Of a DNA stretch of 64,000 nt, positions 52,277 to 64,000 are shown in pieces; the first letter of the stretch is position 1; each line of letters opens with the position of its first letter. Origin of the DNA: Phoronis australis (Eukaryota; Animalia; Phoronida); assembly GCA_002633005.1 (NCBI GenBank), contig NMRA01000247.1, positions 392,958 to 456,957 of the forward strand. Direction: 5' to 3'. The notes beneath the pieces are model-generated. The model saw only the letters and a program-made list of their open reading frames with translations, did not search any database and was not told the origin of the DNA. The translations under genes were made by a program, and so were the position numbers.

Positions 52277-52565
52277 GGGTTTCTTTTCATGACGTGACTT
52301 CAGACGGAAATTTGGTCTAACGATCTCACTTCACGTTGTTGAAAAAAGGTTTTGCCAAATAATTATGAGCACATCCCATTCCAGAAATAATTCGTAGAAA
52401 TTTTCTCAGCGACTAGAAGTTTTGTGTGTATTTTCAGAGACTTCACACCTTTGCTCAAGTGAGATTTAACTTAAATCATTTAAGATTTTTTCAGAAATGG
52501 TTGCGTTTAGCGATCAGACCAAATTTCTGTCTTAAGTCTTAAGTCAATTTTCATGAAACAGACCT
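52277..52565. mobile_element. Foldback MITE
   Basis: Arms GGTTTCTTTTCATGA..GACTTCAGACGGAAATTTGGTCT and AGACCAAATTTCTGTCTTAAGTC..TTCATGAAACAGACC. Confidence 0.6.
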
Positions 52566-55500
52566 CAGTTGTCTGATCCGCCGTTTGAAAATGTGAAAGT
52601 AACGAGCCTTCATATTAAGGCAGATTTAGAGATCGACGACATGCAAGCAAATTAGATGTCTGACGAGTGTTCACGTGTGATCTTTTTCAGATGACGTAAC
52701 AGACATCAGATCTGCCTTGTGATCGGACGGCATGTAAACTGTGCATTAGTTCGCAAGTGTCTTTAGTGGCGGTCTCTCCATAATCATCTTATTCAGGACT
52801 ATTGTAATATAAACTTTTATTATTCGTAATAGCAAAGACACTGCAAAATATGAACAGTACGAATAAAGAACCATGTTGTATACTTCCAAATATTCACTAC
52901 AGTACCACATAACTCGTATTGTAAATTGACATTGAAAATGAATAACATTTACAGGCGACAAAAGATCTAGGGTCGTTGGTCTAGTCGTTATGTTTTGTAT
53001 TAGTTACACCTCAATTATTTTTCAAAGGCCTGTTTTAATTTGTGGGACATTTGTGCAATTGAAACGCCGACAAAGTATTACGGAGAGATTTAATTTTGAT
53101 CTCAAGATCCCGGATCTCTTAAATCTCAACTCACCGTGGCCGTTCATTGTATTTTAATTTGTTGTGAAAAGCTATATGATGACTGAGATAATGCTGTCAC
53201 GGAGTAGAATTAATGTTAGAAAGGTTCGTCGTTCAATTTGACATCTCCTTATATTAATTTAAAAACTCTTGAAGTTAATGATTGCTTGCCAGTCCGAAAC
53301 TTTGGCGTGGTGATTCAACGGTGCTTTTTAATTTTCAAAACATTACCGTACTTTTTCTTGGTATAATATTCAAATTCGTCATTAAGGCGTACACAGCAAG
53401 GCCCTGGGTTAAACTTTTGTACTCGAAATCGAACTCGAAGTCGAGATTATTTTTGACATTTTCCGTTCTACGGTACTTTTGTTTTTGCTGCTCAAGTAGG
53501 TTATGGCTTGTGTGGAGGAGCGCCTAGTCCGAGTTCGTTTTTTCTTGAGGACCCTTATGAAAAACTCGAAATTCTGAGCTCAGACTAAAACTTGTAACGC
53601 TAAGGATTAGACAATCATTCACATAAATCGCAATGTACTAAAACATTGAATGATAAGCGTTAAGAGTCTGTCTTTAGTTCGCACAAACGTAGGCCAAGAA
53701 CGGAAAATGTCAAAAACAAATGCTGGTCCAATTCCGAGTTCAGGTATTGAAAACTTTCAAAAACGTACGAAATGTCTTGACGCAATGACGTAATAAGAAA
53801 TATGAAGCAGTTTTAATGACAAATATGGCAGGATGCAAAAAACTCGTTCTGCTCAAGAGCTCGAGCTTGCGTTCTTTCCAGGTAACATTATCAGCCCCAA
53901 AACGGTCGCAGTCAAACGCTTACCACTAGAACTATAGGCTAATGCTAAATAACCGAGTCGCCACGCCAAGTTTTGTGAACAACTCAGTTGAGATTTATAT
54001 ACATCGAAACGATTCATGGTGTCTGTTCCGGGTATATAAAAAAATCCTCGAAACTGCGTGTATTTGCATTGTTACTTCGATCGCGGAAATTTTTTCAGAA
54101 CGGTCATCAACTCGCCCAAAAACTAAGTTATGATTTAGGACACGCAGCACTATGAAGCTGGTCTTATCTTGCTCTGTATTCGCGTTAGAAGCTGTTCCGG
54201 GGCTTGTGAAGAACAGACAGCTTGTTATTGCATGAAATCACGATTGATAAGTTAGCTTGTCACGGGTGTCATTCTGTGTGCCGAGCAAGGTCTTATGAAC
54301 CTTACCTAACTGTCAGCTCTTCTATGGTCCAGAAATCACCTGAATAATGAACGAGTTGGGACTATGTTTATAGGGAAAAACGATCTAAACAAAAAGATAT
54401 TTTTTGAAAGCCAAAGGCAACTGAATGCCGCTGACAACGTCGTTGGTGGAAAAACTGCGAAATTTTGTAAAAGCTCATGTCTGTTAAAAATTTAAGCACC
54501 TAATTGCTGTTTGTAGTAATTAAGCCATAGTCAGTAATATTTTAACTATGCAAGAGTATTAGCAAGTAATTATCTGAATCGATCTCTATGTATCAGTAAT
54601 AATGAAGTTAACTGAAAGGAAAAAGATGGTTCGGCATTATGGCGTAACATTCCAACGAAAAATTATCTTCCTCTTTTATAGCAATGTATTCGGAAACTTT
54701 CAAGAAATCTACTTATCTTGCATTGATGTAATTATTGCTATAAACTTTGTCCTTTGCTATATTTAATCTTAGACGATGATGAGGGATACACGACAATCAG
54801 ACTGAGATCAGCATTACATTGCAATTTTGAAACCAAGTGCTCAGCCTATATCGTTGTATTACATAAAGAGTAATAAGTTCTATAGTCAGTTTGGTATTAC
54901 CTTTATGTTGTAAGGTCTTCAATTTACTCTCTTTTTCCTGCGACATCCATGGTCAGAACTTCACGTGTAAATGTTCAGTGAACTAAAAACCAAGTCCTAT
55001 CAAGAGCAAATTCTAATCGGGTATAATTGCTTGTAAGGTTTACCCATATCTGAGCATACCACAGTACTCAGGCGATTTCCCTACATACAAAGAGAACTCA
55101 TCTAAAACTGATATCGGAGCTGACATAGCTCACTAACGATCTGAGATGAACGTTTGATAAATAAAACACACCGAAAGACACCAGTTACGATAAGAGACGA
55201 GTTCAAAGGTGAAATCAAACTCTTGTTATGACAACGGTGACTAAACACTTCAAAACTTTTACTGTGAAAGGGATTTGCGGAGAGGCGTAAAATAAGTTAG
55301 AGATAAAATAACACAAAAAGCGTCCCCGTTTAGCTCTGATTGTCAAACACAATTTAAGCATAATTTGTGCACTTTTAGTATTTTGGTTACGATGTGACAT
55401 ACAGACGTACAGTTATCAAGGACTAGTCTCCGAAAACACGATCAAATCTTTCAACAACGGAATTACACTTTAACCTCTTTCACATGTGACCACAACCAAC

Positions 55501-58500
55501 AACAAGGATGTAATCGCAAAACATGATCCTAACATGTCAATTGTCAAGATTTACCTTTATTTACTGTTTAGCTCAATACATTCCAGAATATGACTGCCTT
55601 TGACACCTTTTCTCCACCAGTGCCTCACAAATCAAAACACACTATTCCCTTTCTTTAAAGCCGTGGATTATAAGAAGGATGCATAACTACTTTCCATTTC
55701 TTGTGTTTTTATATAAATATAGATATAATTATATCCCTTCTACAAGATTATAACAATGTCGATTTCCAGTCTTCTTTTTAGTCGCGAAAATGTATGAATA
55801 CGGAATACAGGTGCTAAATGCATGTTGCCCGGCACAGTTTTCAATCGGTACATCGGTTTTGCATTTGAGTGCGAGTCTCATTTTTTTGCTCGAAACAAAG
55901 ACAAATCTCGTACCTAAATAGTAAATACTGGTGCGTGATGTTACCTACGATATCGTATGAGAGCTGTTCAAACTTTAAATGAGTGCCTGTTTTGTCATTT
56001 TAACGACAATATTGCTGAAACGCGAGTACTATAGCGGTGACATTTACAAGTCAACAGGTTTTGTTTTATTTCAGAAAGGCGTTTATCGCGTATGCCGTAG
56101 GTCATGATCCACCCACAAATTTTATGACTTGTCCGGTCACTCTTTTAAGCTCTTATTAAGTCACCATTCTGTGAAAAAATATAACTTATGATTTGGATTA
56201 CTAACCGAGGTGAAACTGGTCATAAAACCGCTTTATAACGTTCGAAATAGTGTGATTCTGTGTGGGCCTCCTGTAATAATAATCTCAGGACCGGATTACA
56301 GAGATTGTAGAATACGGCGGCATGAACTATATATTCAGCAAGCAAATAGATACACCAGTATTGGTTTATGTGCTTCACTTTGGGCTGACTCAAACTAGAT
56401 GTGCGTAGAGATTATCACATGACACGGCATTTTGTGACAGATTCATCTAATAAATCAGGTTCACAATAGATATATTCCATAAACCAGGGCTAAATTTGGC
56501 AAAAGATTCATTCTTCTATTCTGGTACCGTGTTAAGGAACCATCGTGATCTCGATTCAGATGTCCGCCATATCCAGGTACCTGTGTAAAGTTTAATTGTA
56601 TGGACCCTCTCTCTGTTGTTTCAGCTTTGCCAACTTTTTTTTTTATTTTACATGTTAATTATATTTTTCTAATTCCATTTTGTTACTCAGATTTTCAATA
56701 TGTTCTTTCTCATCAGGACCCTATGTGAGAACAGCAATAATTACGTGGTGAAGGCGTTATGTAATTATTTTAATAAAAAACAAAATATGGTCACTATGAA
56801 AGTGTATATTAAATATGATTAAGGGGAAGCGACTGATATGTTACATAAAACCGTTTTCGAAGTTGCACTTCTTTTTAAATAAAGTTGAGGAGTTGTTTGC
56901 TTTTCTACATAATTATTGAACTGGCACGCATAACCTTGACGTCGGTATACTGAGCAGTACTTGGCGACAAAAGTTTGAAAGCCGAAAAACGATTCTAAAT
57001 CGAAAGAAATTCGACAAAATTGAAGAAACAGAGAAAGAACGACGCTGTAACAGATCTTTAATTAAGTAAGATATAACAACAGTGAATATAAAATGTTGTC
57101 CGATTAAATCACAGAAATTTGCAAGGTGAACGTTCCACTTATACCACATCCGTCCACAGGGCCATTTGGATATAGGATATAGAAATGAAACCCGTTCTTC
57201 TTCGGGAAAATTCTACGTTAGAATTAGAGGAAGCTTCATGAGAGATACGCTGTGGCTACGAGCCTTATTCTACGTTTAAAACCAGCACCGGACAGAGGTG
57301 TTTGCATTTTGTTTAACAACAACTTTGAATTTTAAATTACACAAGCGAATTTTTTTTTGCTACTTGACATCCTTATGGTTACTCTGCATGGTCCCAATAA
57401 TGATAATCAAATTTTTTATGAATTTGTCTCTGTCGGGACTTGATACTCATTTCATTGCATTTCGCAACGACTGAAATCCAGTACAAGATTATAAAAAACT
57501 ATCACGTCAATAATCCTGATGCGAGGTCAGAAGTATTAAATATTGCTTCACAGTTTAATCCCATCAACACATGGAGACAGATTAATCCAAACAAATAATG
57601 TTTACTTAAAAACAATGTTCTGAAAAAAAAAACACTTTTAGACTTTGGTCTACATCAGAAGAGTCAATAACAATTTTCTAAAATTAAACCTGAATACAGA
57701 ACCGATCGTTCTTATTTACTTTTTATTAGACTATAAAATTTCACGCCTGATTGGGGGCTTAGGAAATTCAACAACTCCCTATAAGTGGTGTCAGTATCGA
57801 GGAGAAAAGTGATATTATGAGACCAGACTCAGCTCTTTCGTTGGGAGTCAAAAAATTTGCTGGGGAAACTAAACCTCACCCGATAGATGGCAGAGTAGTC
57901 ACCGACCTTGATTTCAGAAAATGTCTGGCACGCAACGGTGGGAATTGGCGATTTGCGATAAAACCACAAAAACACAACTGATTTCAATAACTTCAAAAAT
58001 CTGTACCACTTAACAATAATGCCAAAATTGCGTTTTTCGGCCGTAAAAACGACAATGTACGTAATTTGAACCGAGAGTTTGGTATTTCAGGGCCGGTCCG
58101 GGATCGGGTTTAGGGATCAACGCTGGAATGAGGGTCGCGGCCATGGAATCATTTTTATCCTCTAAATACCTTACATAAAAGCTTCTTTTGAATTCGATCA
58201 GCCGTTTTTGGGATACGATAGTTAGAAATTTTGACATTTTTCCGGAGTTATTCAATAAGGAAACGACACGAACAATAAAATATAGGCCTATACGAATCAA
58301 GTCAATCTGTCTGAAAACAAACGCTTTTTGAAGAATTTAATATGAAAAACAAAAACGTCCATAATATGTACCGCAAACTTGTGTGAAAAAGGTTTTTGTG
58401 TTTTATGAACTGTTACGGTCATTTGATGTCAGCAGATTCTCATATTAAGTTAAAGATGGCATAAGCGTTTTGATATTTTTGACTTCTAACATTTCACAAA

Positions 58501-61500
58501 ATTTAACAATTGTTACAATAGGATCAAATCCATTCAAATATGACGACTACTTGAAGTTTCAAGCGAACCGCCACGCAAGTGCTACTGGACAGATATGCCC
58601 GCCCAATAAAAGTCCGATAGGAAAAATGAACTGGAAGTTAGGGCACCCGCAAAAGCCAAGGCTCTCTAGTAGTAGTCCGCTTTTACGGTATGACGGACAG
58701 GACACACCCACAGGAAATATTTTTGTAAGAAAAATGAGCGCTCCCCGACAATGAAACGTACCGACCCGTCCACACACTTCAATAGTCAAAATGGTATGAG
58801 GAAGGGTGAATTACGCTAATACAATATTGCCAATAATGTAAAATATAGATTATTAAATGGAAATATTATTATTCTCCGCATTTAAACACCGAGTGAGATG
58901 TGGAACTGAGTGATAATTTCTCCAAATCCCATACTGGAAATAACTTGTGCCGAGGACATCACGTAAAAATATATTTTTCACCCATTTTGAGCATTAAATT
59001 GTATCCAGTTTTCATTCATCTGATATTCAAAATAATTCATTATGTACAAAATAATAACAAAATAAACAAACGGTATTTTATGTGTCCTCTACGGAAAGTA
59101 ACATCTATTAGGCAGGTCAACTTCAGAGACTTTACAAAATAGAATCAGGAACTTGTCTATGTTTTTGGCTTACAACAAACTGACTGCGCACTAGAGGGCG
59201 GAACTAGGCCACTCCTTAGAAGATAGGACGGGCCCGGGTGGCGACGAAGGATCGAGCAATTTTAAATGACCAGGAAGAGGTATGAAATCATTAGCGCCCA
59301 AGAGTAGCACAGTTTCAATTGATGACGAGATATGTGCCCCATATGCCATAAAAAGAAAGACTACTATCGCCAAGGTGCCCGACTGGAAAGTAGGTGTCTA
59401 AAAATCACAAGTTAACTATTAGTAAATTTCCATTTTATTAGATTATCCAACATAGAACAGGTAATAAAATAATAACATTGTGAATGACATCCTTACAATT
59501 CCAGCTGACAATAGATCTGATGAACACATTAGCCCAGTGGATAGTCAACAAGCCCACAATAGTAATTATCGTATACTGCATAATAAATGCCAGAGCGTAC
59601 AGCTCACTGAAACACATGACACATTTTCCTTTTTTCACAGTTGTGTTGTAATTTGGTATTTTTATTTTTCACCTTGAGTTTTATTATGCAATTCATTCAG
59701 TGCTCAAATCTTTAGTCTCTGAAGTAGCATAGTCTATAATTTAGATAAGATTCATGGCGAACAAACCAGAATGTTAAAAACTAAAAATGATAAGCCAGTT
59801 TAAAGGTTTGCTACTTTAAACCAATAGAACTCTTCATTCGTTCTACTTCCCTTTTAGCAGGGTTTCCCCATTTCAGAGGGTTGCCATAAAGCCTGAATTG
59901 GAAAAACATCAAAAAAGTGAAGTTAGACAACAACTTAACCTCACCATTTGCGGTGCGTGATCTGCATCACTTTCTACCTTACCTACCACAGAGAACTTCA
60001 GTGTTCTCCCCAACATGGGATGCAACATATTTGAAGTGCTTTGCATGTTTAGAAATCTCGAGCCATGTTTGAAAAACCGGAATTATTTCTGCTTCAGTTG
60101 CAATACGAGTTTACTCGCACTGCATAGTGGTATTTATCTTTATTATTTTTTGTAATAATGATTAGTGCTCAATGAGTAAAAATATTTTTTAACCTATCCA
60201 TAGCTGTTTGTGAGAATTTTCAGAAAGCGTGGTTATAATGGGAAAACAGGACATGGAACAATTAGATGTTTTCTCAAGGAAAACGCTGAAGTTACTCTTG
60301 AAAGGTATCTTTTCAACCTTCCAAGCTCATGGTGCTTGGAAAACTAAGCAAAAACCTGAGCCCAAAAGCAATTTTACCCAAACTGAAGTTTTTACATGGA
60401 AACTCAGAAGAACTAAGAGAGATTTTACAAAATATAAGACATGTATTATGCAAACCTTTAACTTGCTGCCATTTTACACAATCTTAAATGTTTCAACATT
60501 GACAATGACTAGAGAAATTAAATTCACAGCATTACATTTCCATTACAAATACACAGTGCTTTAAGTCTGCCAAACACCAGCAAATTGTGTAGACTACAAT
60601 TGATTTTAAAATTTACACCGAAAACTACAGAGGAAACAATTTCTATGACCTGCCCAAACAAGGATCTGTTTTGAACAATAGATGGCACTATCGAGATATG
60701 TCAAATCATTTTAACCTCAAGCCGTTCACACAAATGGCACAGGTGCACAAGTATCTACTCTACAACATTTTTATGCCTACAGAAAAAGTGTTACACACAG
60801 ACAAAATATAGTCAACATATCAACCAAAAGTCATGAAATTCCTCTTCTAGCATCTCTGAGCTAAAAAAATCAAGACATTTTACGGATCTAGCACCGACAA
60901 AATATTTTTCGCAGTTTGACCAGACAACCTTCCAAAATCATAACACAATTTTTGTTCTCATCAAAATAATACAGCTTTCTGCAGTCCTCTGAATGCTGCA
61001 GAATTTACATTAAAATAACAAGATAATCTAATATAAACAGTTTTATCACAAAAATATCAAACACGTACCACTTGAATCAATTGCATGGCCCCAATGAGAA
61101 TTCAATCAAGCCTTCCTCTCAGTACAAGAACACTTTTCGATAAAGAATCCTTAATTGCAGACAATAAAAGAAGTTTCTCATAAAGTAAAAAATGTTTTCA
61201 TAATTTCCAAACAATGAGGATATTTTTTCATATATGATAATTTGGTTGTTTAGTATGATGTTATTTTGACGTTCTGGACCCAGACACATAAAATTAAAAT
61301 GCCAAAATTAAAAACAACAAATTTAGTTGAGCCAGATTTAAGTATCCCTGCAAATTACTAAGCACTTTGCAAGTCATTACACGGCTATAGACCTGGTTAA
61401 TCTCAATCTTTCTAAGATACCCAGGAACATAATTTTAAAAAAGTTTCAAGAGCTAAATTGTACTCATGGATACCTGAATGGGAAGATCTGCAAAATTTTT

Positions 61501-62599
61501 GAAAATACAATGTTACTGTGCATATCTGTGGCTGTTTGTGGATCAAAATAGTGGCAGACACATCATCATTACACAACCGAATCAGAAAAATCAATCATAA
61601 CTTAATGACGGAATGGTTTCTATTGAAAATGCCTTACTCTTAAATATCAAATACAAACTGCATGTGTCAAAGTTATGGAGTTCCAAATAGAAGGTGTTGC
61701 TCTCCATTAAAGGATTTTTATCGTAAAGTACAATTACCTGCAGAGAAAGGGACACAGGTGTAGCAGCACAGGGCAATTTATGGTTTCAACTTCATTCATT
61801 GTAGAGATCCAGTAGCCCTTTATTTAGTAAGTGACACCATAAAATTACACTTGTTCTGTCAACAATCAAACTTTAAAATACTTGTTACTTATTCACATAA
61901 ATTAACACAGTAATTTATGCAGTTGTTCCCAGAGATGTGAGACACTTTAACAGACCATTGCAAGACAACACGGTTTTAATCAGATCACTATTTCCGTTTT
62001 TCTGCAAGTCAGATCCACCATAAATATAAACTGAGACATGCTCCTCCCAAGTCAAAAATCTCTAAAAATTAACATCTAGGCTCTTTCATTCAAACGTATG
62101 AATACAGCACCACCTTGTGGCCAATTATACAGATGCACCACCACTGGAGGAGTCAGAAGTATTCAACAGAGGTGGCCACAGAAATTGTTGGCGATCGAGG
62201 GCTGGGGAATGGGTTAAAATGAATGCAACCCAGGAACATTTTGCAATAAACACCCGTTGTCCTCCTGTTACTAAGCCAATATGCACCACCCCCACCATGA
62301 TCAGGGGACCAGAGGTGAGTTGCGCAGGTGCAAGAAACTCTAAAATAAATCAAGTGTGATCACATGGTTCACCTTTACTGCACGAGTTTCTTGGGTCTGC
62401 GAAACACAACCCTGTTCAGTGAGGCAGACTCCCGGCGACATCTGTTGGATAGAGACTCCCAGTGCTATCTGTTGGCAGCACTTACATATGCTCACAACAC
62501 TATTATCTGATCACACCATTACATTGCCTTGACACATCGAATATTCTTTTGTTTCCTGTGAGAGGTGTAAACATTCAATTGTCAATTGTCACAGTAAAG

Positions 62600-62703
62600 C
62601 TACTCCACTGCAGTAGACTGTTGTGCAAACAGCACGCCCTGATACATGATTCCATTGATTTCCATGCTGACGACAAGGGAGTTGTCTGCATCTCGACTTT
62701 CTG
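62600..62703 (-). CDS. ARID3: Last coding exon of ARID3 / dead ringer (retained/Bright family) transcription factor; the rest of the gene lies beyond the right edge
   Basis: Acceptor TTTCTCTTCTCGGTCTTACAG|, then (x)ESRDADNSLVVSMEINGIMYQGVLFAQQSTAVE*. SMEINGIMYQGVLFA is the REKLES-beta motif that ends ARID3 proteins. It is missed by the ORF track. The 3' UTR probably runs to AATAAA near 60139-60144. Confidence 0.9.
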
Positions 62704-62982
62704 CTGTAAGACCGAGAAGAGAAATGATGATAGGTAGTGCTACATAACAATGAAAAATGGTCCAAAGTAGTGGAATAATTTTATGGACAAGTTAAACTTT
62801 TTACAGCACACATGCTTTTTACAAGGCTGAGCAAATGACATTAAACATAATGTTGCATAGAAATGCAAAAGCTTAAAAAGAATAATTGCTCATAATCACA
62901 ATTCCAGAATACTAAATTAAGTTTTGAAGTTTAAATTTCCTCCAATATAACACCACACAGCTGGCACGAAGAGCAGAACGTT

Positions 62983-63393
62983 AAGTACTGTCCACACACA
63001 GACTTGCGCTACAACACTGAGTTACTCCTGCAACAAGTTGCTGCTAGGTTTGGAGGCTGTGTGGACGCTATTTAAACTGGTGCAACTTACCCCACTAAGT
63101 GACAACTTACCACACTAGTGACAACTTACTCCACATTATTGAGGTAAGGATAACTTGTTCTAGCACAAATTGCGCCACTTCTAATATTGCTGTGTGGTCG
63201 CACAACTGGAGTAAGGCAGAGGTATAATTATCAGCTGTGTATTCATAACAGCTGTCCAATGTCATGCGCAGAATGACAATTTCCACCTTACCCTAGTTAT
63301 GGAATGTATGTGTGCGCAGATGTTCCACTTAAAGTGGGGCAAGTTGCACTAGTGAAAGTTGTTCAAGGATAGGCTGTGTGTGGACAGGACCTT
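62983..63393. mobile_element. MITE (PIF/Harbinger-like) in the last ARID3 intron
   Basis: TIRs AAGTACTGTCCACACACAG / CTGTGTGTGGACAGGACCTT, with internal CAACTTAC repeats and inverted counterparts. Confidence 0.65.
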
Positions 63394-64000
63394 TGCGCCT
63401 GTAAAATTAAAGCTGTTGTAATCCAGCTCTCAGAAAAAGAAAACTTCATTTGGTCCGCTTAACCCTATAATACAGAGTCTCAAATTGTTCCCTAGTCAGA
63501 TGAAAAGTGATTTCTTGTTGCATGGGATTATGCTCCATGCATACAGTGACACCTATTGACAAGTCAAACTATAGAACCTGACCTTGAACAATGGCAACCT
63601 GCCAACACTTCACAAGCCCAGAAACTACCTCTCATCTTAGAAAGGAACAAGTTGTGAGCAGCTTTTTAATGGTAATTGGTTTAACTCAAAAGTTAGTACT
63701 TTGATGGACGACAGGATGATATTAGCAGCCTGAACTAAGTTTCATCCATTGTTGTTAAATGCCAGATTATCTGAAGTGTTGTTGAGAATTTCCAAAAGAT
63801 CCCGATGTTCTGTTTGTATTGAGATGTAACCATTTGACAAACCTAAACTGAGGAACTGCATAAAAAATCTGAGATTTTTATCACACTCTGGGTCATTGGT
63901 GCAAAAACCTGTTCCAATAGGGCCCTCCCAGATTCACAGCGACACTCGAATCTCTCTGTATTTACCCACAATGCCGTAAACATCCGGCCGTCAGCCACAT

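Noticed and set aside
47700-59100. Numerous 60-95 aa ORFs in this interval
   Set aside because: Their lengths are as expected by chance, they carry no domains, and there is no coherent exon chain. The region looks intronic or intergenic with eroded repeats.
59191-59373. 60-aa hydrophobic ORF as a membrane-protein C-terminus
   Set aside because: Its frame is incompatible with the only open frame of the adjacent candidate exon, and no family is recognised.
63690-64000. Minus-strand open stretches as further ARID3 exons
   Set aside because: The translations show no ARID or REKLES similarity and no convincing phase-1 donor. Treated as intron.

Overview
This is AT-rich, intron-containing animal genomic DNA. 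The repeat content suggests a marine invertebrate bilaterian, but that is an inference. Three host genes can be identified by hand-splicing: LRRC61 (minus strand, 7 coding exons, 22358-32161), V-ATPase subunit e / ATP6V0E (plus strand, coding 38204-40624, head-to-head with LRRC61), and the last coding exon of ARID3/dead ringer (minus strand, 62600-62703). There are also two unidentified genes: a spliced plus-strand gene at about 12975-18679 and a long single-exon ORF at 44748-46541 on the minus strand. The rest is rich in mobile elements. The window starts in the 5' end of a LOA/R1-like non-LTR retrotransposon whose 5' terminus folds into a complete HDV-like self-cleaving ribozyme with an unusually long, structured J1/2 (1148-1362, minus); this is the strongest finding. 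Other elements are Kolobok-type relics (a TTAA-flanked element and a P2X7-ballast/KolX-like ORF), a Helentron-type non-autonomous element carrying about 150-bp repeats with CTCF-like motifs, a set of CA..TG elements with 5- or 6-bp TSDs (some nested), a LINE 3' fragment, a tRNA-derived head, and several minisatellites and palindromes. All calls were made by eye with no database searches.
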